A stretch of 42,959 bases of DNA from NCBI GenBank assembly GCA_964536205.1, contig CAZHVT010000007.1:1054-44012 (forward strand), given 5' to 3'. This DNA comes from an uncultured Gammaproteobacteria bacterium (GTDB lineage: Bacteria > Patescibacteriota > Patescibacteriia > Magasanikbacterales > GCA-002688135). A program made the translations under genes and the position numbers. The notes below the pieces were generated by a model. It searched no databases. It had not been told where the DNA came from and saw only the letters and a list, made by a program, of their open reading frames with translations. Shown piece after piece: positions 1 through 9,448 of the stretch. Position 1 is the first letter of the stretch; each line of letters opens with the position of its first letter.

Positions 1-2
1 CA

Positions 3-485
3 GATGCAAGTGTTGAGGAGATTTTGGATCGGTTGCTTTCGAATTTTGATAATAAGATTTCAGATAAGTTGCGAGATGAGATAAAAAAACAACATAAGTC
101 GTTGTATGAAATTATGACGATGGCGTCGATTATTGAACGAGAAGTGAATACAGATGGTGATCGCGAGAAAGTTTCTGATATTTTGTGGAGTCGTATGCGT
201 GTGGGGATGCCGTTACAAGTTGACTCGAGTGTGAATTATGTGACGGAAAAAAATGATGCAGCGATTACAAAAAAAGATTCGCGGATCGAGTCTCCGTATA
301 ATACCTATCGATTTAAAGGTTTGCCGGTTGGTCCGATTTCAAATCCTGGGCTGAAAAGTATTCGCGCGGCGATTTATCCTGAAGTTACGCCGTATACATA
401 TTTTTTGACGGATAAAGAGGGAAATGTTCATTATGCAAGGACGTTGGATGAGCATAATGTTAATAAATATAAGTACCTTAAGTAG
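3..485 (+). CDS. mltG: Endolytic transglycosylase MltG (YceG-like), 5'-truncated by the window edge
   Basis: ASIIEREV, MPLQVDSSVNY, SPYNTY..GLPVGPISNPG motifs; the frame is open back to position 3. Confidence 0.95.
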   Translation, partial: DASVEEILDRLLSNFDNKISDKLRDEIKKQHKSLYEIMTMASIIEREVNTDGDREKVSDILWSRMRVGMPLQVDSSVNYVTEKNDAAITKKDSRIESPYNTYRFKGLPVGPISNPGLKSIRAAIYPEVTPYTYFLTDKEGNVHYARTLDEHNVNKYKYLK

Positions 486-508
486 GATTGAGGGAAGAGG
501 ATTGGGTG

Positions 509-529
509 AAAGCGGCTTTGCCGCTTTTT
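509..529 (+). terminator. Intrinsic terminator after mltG
   Basis: AAAGCGGC-TTT-GCCGCTTT followed by TT; an extended -10 TGATATAAT for queA follows at 532-540. Confidence 0.75.
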
Positions 530-567
530 GTTGATATAATTGTAATTTTATGATGTAATTAGTTCTT

Positions 568-1668
568 ATGAAAACATCCGATTTCAACTATCATTTACCA
601 AAAGAATTGATTGCGCAGTCGCCGATTGAACCGCGAGAATTGTCGCGGATGTTAGTGGTGAATCGATCTTCTGAAACATTTACTGATGCTCGATCGCGCG
701 ACATTATTACGCTGTTGAAACCTGGGGATGTTTTGGTGAGAAATGTTTCAAGAGTTTTTAATGCACGATTGCGAGGGTGGAAAAAAGTTGAGGATGCGCG
801 CGAACAAAATGGAAACGGAGATTGTGAGGTTTTGGTTACGAAATTTATGTATGAGATTCCAGGTGGTGACATTGCAATGCCACGATCTCAATGGGAGGTT
901 TTGATCAAGCCTGGTAAAAAATTTAAAGAAGGGGATGATATTTATTTTGGAAATTTGGATAGCGATTCGTTTGGGGGAGATGTTTCTGCGACGGTCATGA
1001 AAAAACATGAAGATGGTGTTGTTGAAGTTCAATTTAATGTTGAGAAGCAGTTTGTATTTGATCTTTGTGAAGCGTTTGGTGACGTTCCGATTCCGCCGTA
1101 CGTAGAAAAGGTTCCGGAAAATCCAGACGATTATCAGAATGTGTATGCGCGTGAGTTAGGTTCTGCTGCTGCGCCAACGGCAGGATTTCATTTTTCAGAA
1201 AATTTATTGGCGTTGTGTGAGTCGCATGGAATTCAGTTTGCAGATGTTGTTTTGGATGTGGGGATCGGGACATTTCGTCCGATGAAAAGTGATAGGGTCG
1301 AGGAACATGAAATGCATAGTGAGCGTGTATCAATCGATCAGGAAAATATTGAGAAGATTTTGCAGGCGCATGTGAATGGGAATCGCGTGATTGCGGTGGG
1401 GACAACGACGGTGCGGGTTTTGGAAGGTGTGTATCAGAAGATGGGTGCACTTGTTCCGTATGAGGGTGATGTGAATTTGTTTATCAAGCCGGGTTTTGAA
1501 TTTAATGTGATTGATGGTTTAATGACGAATTTTCATTTGCCGAAATCTACCTTACTTGTTTTGGTTTCTGCGTTTGGTGGACAGGATTTGATGAAGAAAG
1601 CATATGAGCATGCGGTTACAGAAAAATATCGATTTTATTCGTTTGGTGATGCAATGTTGATTCTGTAA
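568..1668 (+). CDS. queA: S-adenosylmethionine:tRNA ribosyltransferase-isomerase QueA
   Basis: SDFNYHLPKELIAQ, AAPTAGFHF, VGTTTVRVLE, TNFHLPKSTLL, YRFYSFGDAM. Confidence 0.97.
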   Translation: MKTSDFNYHLPKELIAQSPIEPRELSRMLVVNRSSETFTDARSRDIITLLKPGDVLVRNVSRVFNARLRGWKKVEDAREQNGNGDCEVLVTKFMYEIPGGDIAMPRSQWEVLIKPGKKFKEGDDIYFGNLDSDSFGGDVSATVMKKHEDGVVEVQFNVEKQFVFDLCEAFGDVPIPPYVEKVPENPDDYQNVYARELGSAAAPTAGFHFSENLLALCESHGIQFADVVLDVGIGTFRPMKSDRVEEHEMHSERVSIDQENIEKILQAHVNGNRVIAVGTTTVRVLEGVYQKMGALVPYEGDVNLFIKPGFEFNVIDGLMTNFHLPKSTLLVLVSAFGGQDLMKKAYEHAVTEKYRFYSFGDAMLIL

Positions 1669-1670
1669 CC

Positions 1671-1699
1671 TTGACAAAAGGTTTTTATTGTGTTATTTT
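1671..1699 (+). promoter_or_regulatory. Sigma70-like promoter for the small membrane protein gene
   Basis: TTGACA-17 bp-TATTTT. Confidence 0.55.
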
Positions 1700-1741
1700 G
1701 GAGTGTTCGATAGTTCATTCCAGATACAAAAGGATACGATC

Positions 1742-1936
1742 ATGTTTGAGACGGCTTTGGAGATTTTCTTGATGTTGGAGGTAATCATTCCGATTATTCT
1801 CGCAGTCATCATGATTATTTTTTTCTCGGTTGATGGTACGTTTTCTGGGTTCAGTCGCTGGCGACAAAGTTCCGCCAACAGTAAATGGAAGCAGTTGGCC
1901 AATGAGCCGGACGAAGATGCGAGTGAGATTCTCTGA
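1742..1936 (+). CDS. Small single-pass membrane protein (64 aa), unknown function
   Basis: Hydrophobic N-terminus; AAGGA SD before ATG 1742; flanked by its own promoter and terminator. Confidence 0.6.
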   Translation: MFETALEIFLMLEVIIPIILAVIMIIFFSVDGTFSGFSRWRQSSANSKWKQLANEPDEDASEIL

Positions 1937-1953
1937 CGTTTTTGTTCCACATT

Positions 1954-1980
1954 GACCTGGTTTTAGCCAGGTCTTTTTTT
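1954..1980 (+). terminator. Intrinsic terminator
   Basis: GACCTGG-TTTTAG-CCAGGTC followed by T7. Confidence 0.8.
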
Positions 1981-2017
1981 ATTGCTCAAATTTAACGTGT
2001 GTGGTAGGTTTTTGCAT

Positions 2018-3172
2018 ATGTCTTTTTTTGAGGTAACACATCAAGATGGAAAAGCTCGGACGGGGATTATCCATACAGATCATGGTGATATTCATACACC
2101 TGCGTTTATGCCGGTTGGAACGCAGGCAGCTGTGAAAACGTTGGATATCGCGGATTTACATTCAATTGGTTCGGATATTATTTTGAATAATACGTATCAT
2201 TTGCATTTGCGTCCGGGGGAGGATCGAGTGGCGAAGTTAGGTGGTGTGCACACATTTCAAGGTTGGGATAAGCCGATTCTTACTGACTCGGGTGGTTTTC
2301 AGGTTTTTTCATTAGCGCAGAAATCTGGGTTAGTGAACATTGATGATGAGGGTGTGACATTTAAATCTCATATCGATGGATCGCAGCATAGATTTACTCC
2401 GGAGGAGGCGATTGTTATTCAGCAGAAATTGGGTGCGGATATTATCATGGCATTTGATCAGTGTACTGCAGATGATGCGAGTGAAATTGAAGCGCGTGCA
2501 GCTATGGAAAAAACTCATCGCTGGGCTCAACAATGTATTGAGCAGATGAAAACTCCTGGACCTCATCAATGGAAACAATTTTTGTTTGGGATTATTCAAG
2601 GGGGATATAATCAGAAGTTGCGAGAGGAAAGTGCAGATGTGATTACTTCGATGAATTTTGATGGGATTGCGATTGGTGGAGAATCGATTGGATATTATAT
2701 GGATAAAACGGTGGAGATTTTGAAGTGGTTGGATGGGAAATTACCTGTGGATAAACCTCGTTATACGATGGGTGTTGGTGCATCGCCTTTGGATATTTTG
2801 GATGTGGTGGAGCAGGGAATTGATATGTTTGATTGTGTTGTGCCGACGCGGATGGCGCGTAATGGTGGGGTTTTTGTGAGGGCGCAGGGAGTTCAGGGAA
2901 AGTTTCGGATTTCGCTTCCAAAGTCGCCGCATGTTGAAGATCTGTCGCCGATGTGTGATTGGTGTCAGTGTCGATATTGTAAGGGGACGGCTCATGAACC
3001 GCCTGTTTCTCGCGCATATTTGCATCATTTGTTTAAGACAGATGAATTATTGGGTGCGCGAATTGCAACGTATCATAACTTGTTTTTTATGGAGCAATGT
3101 ATGTCTGAAGTGAGAGATGCGATTTCTTCGGATTCTTTTTCTTCATGTGCAAAGGAGTGGAGAAGTTTGTAA
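2018..3172 (+). CDS. tgt: tRNA-guanine transglycosylase Tgt
   Basis: TPAFMPVGT, NTYHLHLRPG, TDSGGFQVFSL, DMFDCVVPTRMARNG, CxCxxC..H zinc site; ATG 2018 chosen as start. Confidence 0.97.
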   Translation: MSFFEVTHQDGKARTGIIHTDHGDIHTPAFMPVGTQAAVKTLDIADLHSIGSDIILNNTYHLHLRPGEDRVAKLGGVHTFQGWDKPILTDSGGFQVFSLAQKSGLVNIDDEGVTFKSHIDGSQHRFTPEEAIVIQQKLGADIIMAFDQCTADDASEIEARAAMEKTHRWAQQCIEQMKTPGPHQWKQFLFGIIQGGYNQKLREESADVITSMNFDGIAIGGESIGYYMDKTVEILKWLDGKLPVDKPRYTMGVGASPLDILDVVEQGIDMFDCVVPTRMARNGGVFVRAQGVQGKFRISLPKSPHVEDLSPMCDWCQCRYCKGTAHEPPVSRAYLHHLFKTDELLGARIATYHNLFFMEQCMSEVRDAISSDSFSSCAKEWRSL

Positions 3173-3196
3173 TTGTTTTTATTAACATTTGATATC

Positions 3197-3224
3197 AAAA
3201 AGCGGCTGCGCGCCGGTTTTTTTT
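3197..3224 (+). terminator. Probable terminator after tgt
   Basis: CGGC-TGCGC-GCCG stem with an upstream A-tract and downstream T8. Confidence 0.6.
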
Positions 3225-3238
3225 GTGCTATAATTTAA

Positions 3239-3398
3239 GGGTATGGCGTACCATAGGACTTTCATTAAAACGTTCATATTCCAGCTCATATGACCTAAAA
3301 ATTTTTTGCCTTAGCTTTTGCTAAAGCTCCAAAATTTTTATTCCATATGATTCTGTAATCTGAACGTTTGTAATTGAAAGCCTAGGTACGACACACCC
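3239..3398. repeat. 160-nt imperfect inverted repeat (rod-like hairpin) upstream of the T4SS cluster
   Basis: GGGTATG..CGTACC..AAACGTTCA..TCATATG..TAAAAATTTT..TTAGC pairs with the mirrored right arm around a TTTT loop. Confidence 0.85.
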
Positions 3399-3443
3399 TT
3401 ATAAATTTGGAGGCAATAAATTGTCCATCCACAGCATTTTTCT

Positions 3444-6347
3444 ATGCAATGGATCAGATCGAAATTTTGTAACATAACGCGGCGTCAGATCGCGTTTCTT
3501 GCGATTGGAGCGGCGTTGCTTTTTGTATTTTTTCTGCCGTCTTTTGTTCATGCTGGGATGAGTATCACAAATATTTTGCAGATGATTTTGGGGAACTTGA
3601 TTCAGTGGCTCATGAACATCATTTCGCAGATTATGTTGTGGGCGATGAATGGTGTGGTTGCTGTAGCGATGTATAACGATTATGCGCATGCAACAGCGGT
3701 ATCGATTGGATGGATTTTGATTCGAGATATCACCAACATGTTTTTGGTAGCGTTGATGTTGATGATGGCTTTTGGAACGCTTTTGAATCGTGGAGATTTG
3801 TTGGGTGATTATAAGAGTTTGCCAAAGTTTGTGATCATCGCGATTGTGATCAATTTTTCAAAGATGATTACGTTGTTGATTATCGATATTGGTCAGGTTG
3901 TGATGCTCTCGTTTGTTGCAGCGTTTCAAAATAGTGCGGGTGGAAATTTCTTGAAAGCTTTTGGAATGACGAAGTGGCTGCAGGCTTCAACAGGGGGATC
4001 GGCTGCCAATTATGGAACTAATTTGGTATTAGCTTTGTTGATGGCTCTTGTGTTATCTGCGATTGTGTTGGTGGTGATGTTGGTTTTCTTGGCGTATCTG
4101 ATTGCTCGTATTGCGATGCTATGGATTTTGTTGATTTTTTCACCGCTCGCATTTGCATTGAAGTTGATGCCAACTCGAGGACAGAAATTTTATGGACAAT
4201 GGTGGGAATATTTAATTTCAACAATTATTGCAGGGCCGCTTCTGGCATTCTTTTTATGGCTGACGCTGATCACGGCTGGAGTTTCTAATGGTTCTTTGGG
4301 TACAGAGGTTATGGCGGATGCTGCGGCTGTTCGAGCGGCACAGCAGGGTGAGTTGGCTGCTGGGCAGAATGTTGGCAAACAATCTGGAATTACGATTTTG
4401 AATGAAGACACACTCACGACATTCATGATTTCTGTAATCATGTTGTTGTTGGGATTGAAGATCACTTCGGAGATGGGTGGTGTTGTTGGTGGTGCGATTG
4501 CGGGGAAGGGGTTGGGTGCGGTTAAGGGTGGCGCAAAGCTGTTAGTTAAAAAGGGGTACCAAAAAACAAAAGAGAAAGCGGCGAATACCAGAATACCGTT
4601 TACTGGTGGGCAAACGTATGCTGGGCGTGCGAAAGCAAAAAAAGCTATTAAGGAAGAGCGTCTGTCTTCCAATCAGAAATATGCCGAGTTGCAATCTCGT
4701 AAAGCTTTGGGAGATACCAGAGGTGCTGCAAAACTTGAAGCATCGTTAGTGAATGATGAACGTGAGAATGTGAAGGGTCTCAATCAGGCTGATAAGATTC
4801 AGGCTTTGAATAATGCTCCTGAAGGTTCTCTTGAGCAGCAAGCTATTAAGTTGGAGTTGGCTTCAGGCGGATATTATAATGATAAATTACATGAAGTTGA
4901 TGATGCTATTGGAGGGAATAAAGAATTTGGAATTAAATTTAAAGCTGAAATTAAAAAGTCTGGTGGTCAGGTGCTTGATATTAAACCGGGTCAGACTGCT
5001 GCGGAAGTAATTAGTGAAAAATTTGCAAATGGTGATAAAGATATTATTAAGAATTTGCCCTCAAGAGTTAAGTTGGCTCGTTCGAGTTCTGGTGAGGTGA
5101 AGATGGCTGATCCTCATGCAATGGATGTGTTGGAGGCTATTCCTCCGGATCAATTTGCGAAATATTCAGCTTCTCAAAAGCAGTCTGTCAATGATTCGTT
5201 TATGCTTGCCATGAAGAATAATTCAGATATGGCTAATCCGGATCAGGTTGCACAGCTGGCAAAATTGAAAGCTAAATTTGAGTCATTGAATGGCTTGGCT
5301 GGTGCAACGTATGATAATGCGGGTGGTGGAGGTGGTGTTGGTGATTATAGGTTGGTTTCAGCCCGTGTTACGGAGAAAAAGAATGCAAAGGGAGATATTG
5401 TGCGAAAAGAACAGACTGTTGCTGAATATGCTGACACAGCTTCTAAGCTTCGTGCTCGTCAAGGTTCATCAGTTGCTAAACAATCATCTGGCCTGTCTGC
5501 TGCCTCATTGACAGAACAACGAAAAGTAGATGGAGCGATTCCAGCGCAAGATGTCGCGGTTTCTCGTGGTGTTGCCTCAATGAGTAGTAGTGAGCGTAGT
5601 TTGTTTGATGCTTCAGCTTCTGTTATCACGAGTGATGCAGATGCAGATATTGCAGCTGGAAATTTTGCTGATGCTTCAACGAAGATGAGCACTGAACTTA
5701 CTAATATTGAGGATAGGTTTCGAGGGCTTGATGGAACCGGGCATTCTACAAAGGCCACAAATAAAGATGGTTCAACCATGACTAATGAAGAGGCTGTTGG
5801 AGGCAGTACGTTATCTGCTGCAATTAAGTCGCTGAAGGAGGCTGTTGATGCACGCGCTGCATTACCAGCCACAGCTACGGCTGCTGAAGAAGAAACTGCT
5901 ATGAAGCGAATTGCTGCTTTGCAGAAGGAATTGAAAGAAGTTGTTTTCAATGCACAAAGAAGACAAGGTGCGGTATCAGGTGCTTCAAGTAGATTGGGTC
6001 GAAAAATGCGAACAGGAGCGCGTAAGAAGTTATCTGTCAGTGCGCCTGCGGTTAAGAGTGCTGCAACAAGGGCTAATTCAGCAGCAACTGAATCTGATCA
6101 AGCTGCAGCTATTCGAGATTATCGTGCGGCTTTGGCCAAAGCAATGGATCATTTGCATGGTGCGAGTAAGGAAAGCAAGGTTCCTGTGGCAAGGCTCGGA
6201 GAAGTTGCTCAATTGAAGCGTGATTTGGCCATCATGGCTGGTAAGCTTCAGGCTAATCGTGTTGCTGGGCGAGATAATGCTGCAGACCTTGCTGAACTTA
6301 AACGTATTAAGGATGAGTTTGATCGTTTGAATGATGAATTAGGTTAG
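3444..6347 (+). CDS. VirB6/TrbL-like polytopic T4SS membrane protein with a long Ala-rich helical C-terminal extension
   Basis: About 8 hydrophobic segments in aa 1-350; GWILIRDITN, IVINFSKMI, RIAMLWILLIFSPLAF motifs; upstream of prgI and virB4. Confidence 0.75.
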   Translation: MQWIRSKFCNITRRQIAFLAIGAALLFVFFLPSFVHAGMSITNILQMILGNLIQWLMNIISQIMLWAMNGVVAVAMYNDYAHATAVSIGWILIRDITNMFLVALMLMMAFGTLLNRGDLLGDYKSLPKFVIIAIVINFSKMITLLIIDIGQVVMLSFVAAFQNSAGGNFLKAFGMTKWLQASTGGSAANYGTNLVLALLMALVLSAIVLVVMLVFLAYLIARIAMLWILLIFSPLAFALKLMPTRGQKFYGQWWEYLISTIIAGPLLAFFLWLTLITAGVSNGSLGTEVMADAAAVRAAQQGELAAGQNVGKQSGITILNEDTLTTFMISVIMLLLGLKITSEMGGVVGGAIAGKGLGAVKGGAKLLVKKGYQKTKEKAANTRIPFTGGQTYAGRAKAKKAIKEERLSSNQKYAELQSRKALGDTRGAAKLEASLVNDERENVKGLNQADKIQALNNAPEGSLEQQAIKLELASGGYYNDKLHEVDDAIGGNKEFGIKFKAEIKKSGGQVLDIKPGQTAAEVISEKFANGDKDIIKNLPSRVKLARSSSGEVKMADPHAMDVLEAIPPDQFAKYSASQKQSVNDSFMLAMKNNSDMANPDQVAQLAKLKAKFESLNGLAGATYDNAGGGGGVGDYRLVSARVTEKKNAKGDIVRKEQTVAEYADTASKLRARQGSSVAKQSSGLSAASLTEQRKVDGAIPAQDVAVSRGVASMSSSERSLFDASASVITSDADADIAAGNFADASTKMSTELTNIEDRFRGLDGTGHSTKATNKDGSTMTNEEAVGGSTLSAAIKSLKEAVDARAALPATATAAEEETAMKRIAALQKELKEVVFNAQRRQGAVSGASSRLGRKMRTGARKKLSVSAPAVKSAATRANSAATESDQAAAIRDYRAALAKAMDHLHGASKESKVPVARLGEVAQLKRDLAIMAGKLQANRVAGRDNAADLAELKRIKDEFDRLNDELG

Positions 6348-6357
6348 TTTGTATAGT

Positions 6358-8112
6358 ATGGATTTTGGGAATGAACAACAGATGAAGGATTTTGAAACCT
6401 TTATCGCGAATCATTCTTTGGAGGCGCATAAGGCCTCTCTCTATTCACTTGCGCAAGAATTGTTTGATGGAACTGTTTCTATTGATAATATTTCAGATCG
6501 ATTGTTTGATATATTTGGTGAGGATTCCGTTACGGATGAGAAGCGTTTGAATATCGAAGAGGATTTTTATGTTGGTTTGATATTTCCGTATGAGAAAGAT
6601 ATTAATGTTGCATTTGAGAATAACAAATTAAGTATACATGAGATTGTTGAGGCCATTAAAAAGGTGGTGGAAGTTTCTTTTGATGATAAGCGGATGAATC
6701 GTCGTTTTGATCATATTGTTGGACTTTTTTTTAAGGGTCAATATGATGTGCTGCGTACATCACGTTCGATGTCAAAGAGTACGAAGGCTGGTGGGATGGG
6801 ATTGGACACAGAAACTGGTCAGAAGATTATGCAGGAGTTGGTGAAGTATGAGAATCGTGTAAGTCTTGAGAAAACGAAGAAGGAGGATGTTGCGGAAGCT
6901 GCTGCAGTTGAAAAGAGGGAAGATGATGTTGCGAAATGGTTGGAGGAACACAAAGAGAATGAAGTTGTTGAAGAAAAACCTGTTGTAAAAAGTAAGAGTC
7001 AATTGAAGGGTGCGGATGCGCGGGGGGCTGCGAAGTTGAAGGCTGCGTTATCTCCTGAAAAAATCTCAAAACCTGCTGCTCCGAAAGTGCCAAAGAAAAA
7101 AGTTGTTAAGAAGGTTGCAAAGGAAAAAGTTGTGGTTGGAAAACAGCCGCAGATTGTGAAGAAAAAACGTCAGGTTGGTGATGTTGCGATTGCGGCGAAT
7201 TCGGAGACTGTGAAAACTGTTTCTGTTGGTGCAGGGGATATGTTGACAGATGAGGAGGTTGGACAGGTAAAGCATGCTGCAGCAGTAGTGAAATCAAAAC
7301 CTGTTCAACATGATACGCAGAAGGAATTGATGGAAAAGGTGAAGGAAACAATCGCGAAATCTGGGATTTCATATAAAGAACCAAAAATAGAGAAACAATT
7401 TCAGAGTATTGTGATGTCTCGTTTGAAGGATACGCGTGGGCCATATGAAACACGAGATGCGGTGATGAAGCCGGTGGAGCAAGGAGGTTTGGGTATGAAG
7501 GTTGATGAGGCGCAGAAATTTTTGCATTTGTTGGAAGCAGCGAATGATGAATTAACGGGTGCGTGGGAAGATAGGGAGCGTGAGAAGAAGATGGCGTATT
7601 TGCAAGATCGTCGAGCAAAATTATTTCATAGTAAACCTGCGGTGGTGGAGAAGGTGGCGCATAAAGGTACGTCGGCGGATGTGCGGACTGTGGTGAAGAA
7701 AAAGCCTGCGAAAAAACGTCAGCCGCATGTTGCGGATGGATTGAAATCTTCTAAGCCTGCGATGCATGACGTGAAAGCTCCGCCGAAATTGATAAATCCT
7801 GTTTCTGAATTGAAATCATATACGTTGGAGGATTTTCATCGATTGCATGCAGATCCGGTTGAAGCTGCGCTGAAAGTTGAGGGGAAGATTCGATTGTTAG
7901 GTCATGAGTCGTTTGTGATGATGAAAAAAGGAGCTGCAGCGTGGAAGCATTCTGAAGTGATGAAGATTTATAAGGAGCAATTGCAGCAGAGTATTGTGGG
8001 GAATATGCCATTAACAGATGTGATTGCAAAGCGAAAGGAGTCAGGGATGTTGGTGTTGGAGGTTGCGGAGGTTGAGGCGTTAACTGATTTGTCATCGAGA
8101 TTAAGAGGATAA
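6358..8112 (+). CDS. Hypothetical protein in the T4SS cluster, with a Lys/Val/Pro-rich linker and two GGxG-containing helical repeats
   Basis: Long ORF with genome-typical codon usage; internal similarity between KSTKAGGMGLDTETGQK and KPVEQGGLGMKVDEAQK. Confidence 0.8.
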   Translation: MDFGNEQQMKDFETFIANHSLEAHKASLYSLAQELFDGTVSIDNISDRLFDIFGEDSVTDEKRLNIEEDFYVGLIFPYEKDINVAFENNKLSIHEIVEAIKKVVEVSFDDKRMNRRFDHIVGLFFKGQYDVLRTSRSMSKSTKAGGMGLDTETGQKIMQELVKYENRVSLEKTKKEDVAEAAAVEKREDDVAKWLEEHKENEVVEEKPVVKSKSQLKGADARGAAKLKAALSPEKISKPAAPKVPKKKVVKKVAKEKVVVGKQPQIVKKKRQVGDVAIAANSETVKTVSVGAGDMLTDEEVGQVKHAAAVVKSKPVQHDTQKELMEKVKETIAKSGISYKEPKIEKQFQSIVMSRLKDTRGPYETRDAVMKPVEQGGLGMKVDEAQKFLHLLEAANDELTGAWEDREREKKMAYLQDRRAKLFHSKPAVVEKVAHKGTSADVRTVVKKKPAKKRQPHVADGLKSSKPAMHDVKAPPKLINPVSELKSYTLEDFHRLHADPVEAALKVEGKIRLLGHESFVMMKKGAAAWKHSEVMKIYKEQLQQSIVGNMPLTDVIAKRKESGMLVLEVAEVEALTDLSSRLRG

Positions 8113-8145
8113 AATATCTTTTATCTGTTATAATGTAAAAGAATC

Positions 8146-8256
8146 ATGAATAATGAATTATGAAGCATGGGTATGTGTCGTGGAGCGACATTTATATTAT
8201 TGAGCTTAGCTCAATTTCCGCCTACGTCATTATTCATATTTCATAATTCATTATTC
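8146..8256. repeat. Palindromic AT-rich heptamer-repeat element
   Basis: GAATAATGAATTATGAA ... TTCATAATTCATTATTC inverted arms built from 7-mers; preceded by TGTTATAAT at 8126-8134. Confidence 0.7.
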
Positions 8257-8262
8257 TCATGT

Positions 8263-8733
8263 ATGCCGCAGCAATATGTCGTGCCACAATTTTTAACTGT
8301 TGAGCCCAAAATTATTGGGCCTATTACGATGCGACAGTTTGTGATTTTGTTGGGTACGGCTTTGTTGATTGCGATTAATTTTAAGTTGTTAACATTGTGG
8401 TATTCGATTCCATTGTCATTGTTTGAGTTTGGTTTGGCTGCCTTATTTGCATTTTATAAAGTGAATGGATTGCCATTTCAGTATTTTGTATTGAATTACT
8501 TGCAGAATTTGAAACGTCCGAATGTGCGTGTGTGGAGTAAGGAATATACGAAAAAGGAGTTGAAAGTTTTTATGAGTATGAAGGCGCCGGAATTACCGGA
8601 AGCGGCGTTGGCGCGTGTGAGGCCTACTGAATCTCGTTTGGCGAAGCTGTCTTTGATTGTGAATACTGGGGGAGCGTTTTCTCCGGACGATCAGAAAGTA
8701 CTTGAACCAATGAAATTTGAGAAGAAAAAATAA
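8263..8733 (+). CDS. prgI: PrgI-family (VirB3-like) T4SS membrane protein
   Basis: QYVVPQF..EPKIIGPITMRQF N-terminal motif and two TM helices. Confidence 0.85.
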   Translation: MPQQYVVPQFLTVEPKIIGPITMRQFVILLGTALLIAINFKLLTLWYSIPLSLFEFGLAALFAFYKVNGLPFQYFVLNYLQNLKRPNVRVWSKEYTKKELKVFMSMKAPELPEAALARVRPTESRLAKLSLIVNTGGAFSPDDQKVLEPMKFEKKK

Positions 8734-8734
8734 T

Positions 8735-9445
8735 ATGCCCATCGACGAACAACACGAAGCTCGCAAAGAGGTCAGAACAAAATCGGTGAAACAGCGTGCT
8801 GCTGCAACCAAACGTTTTTTGGATATTTCTGAAATTCGTGATGGAGTTGTGGTTATGAAAGACGGAACGCTTCGTCGTGTTTTGATGGTTTCAAGTATCA
8901 ATTTTTTCTTAAAAGGAGTTGATGAGCAGGATGCGATTATTGCTGCATATGTGCAATTTTTGAATGCGTTGGAATCGCCTGTGCAGTTTGTGATTCAATC
9001 TCGAAAGTTGAATGTTGATCCATATTTGCAGATGTTAGTTGAGAAAGAAAAGGAGCATACAACTGATTTGATGAAAAGTCAGACTGCAGAGTATCGAGAT
9101 TTTATCACGCAGTTGATTGATTTACAGGATATTATGGAGCGTCGATATTTTGTGGTTGTTCCATATAATCCTCTCACAAATAAACAAAAAGGATTTTTTA
9201 AACGTTTTTCAGAATTGTGGGCTCCAGGTGCGACGATTAAATTGAAGGAAAAAGAATTTCAGAAACGAAAGTATGATTTGGATTTGTTAACTCAGCGTAT
9301 TTCTTCGGGGTTGTATCAGATGGGATTGGAGATTACGCAATTAGATACACAGTCTTTAATTGAACTTTATTATGATACGTATAATCCGGATGTGGCTGCT
9401 ACGGAACACCTTGAAGACATAAACAAAATACAAATCGACGGATAA
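8735..9445 (+). CDS. T4SS protein resembling the VirB4/TraC N-terminal region
   Basis: EIRDGVVVMKDG, VSSINF, EQDAII..Y..FLNAL, RRYFVVVPY, LIELYY; located between prgI and virB4. Confidence 0.75.
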   Translation: MPIDEQHEARKEVRTKSVKQRAAATKRFLDISEIRDGVVVMKDGTLRRVLMVSSINFFLKGVDEQDAIIAAYVQFLNALESPVQFVIQSRKLNVDPYLQMLVEKEKEHTTDLMKSQTAEYRDFITQLIDLQDIMERRYFVVVPYNPLTNKQKGFFKRFSELWAPGATIKLKEKEFQKRKYDLDLLTQRISSGLYQMGLEITQLDTQSLIELYYDTYNPDVAATEHLEDINKIQIDG

Positions 9446-9448
9446 CAT

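Noticed and set aside
3239-3398. 6S RNA or SRP RNA
   Set aside because: No large central bubble and no SRP helix-8 GGAA motif is visible by eye; an Rfam search would be needed to exclude these formally.
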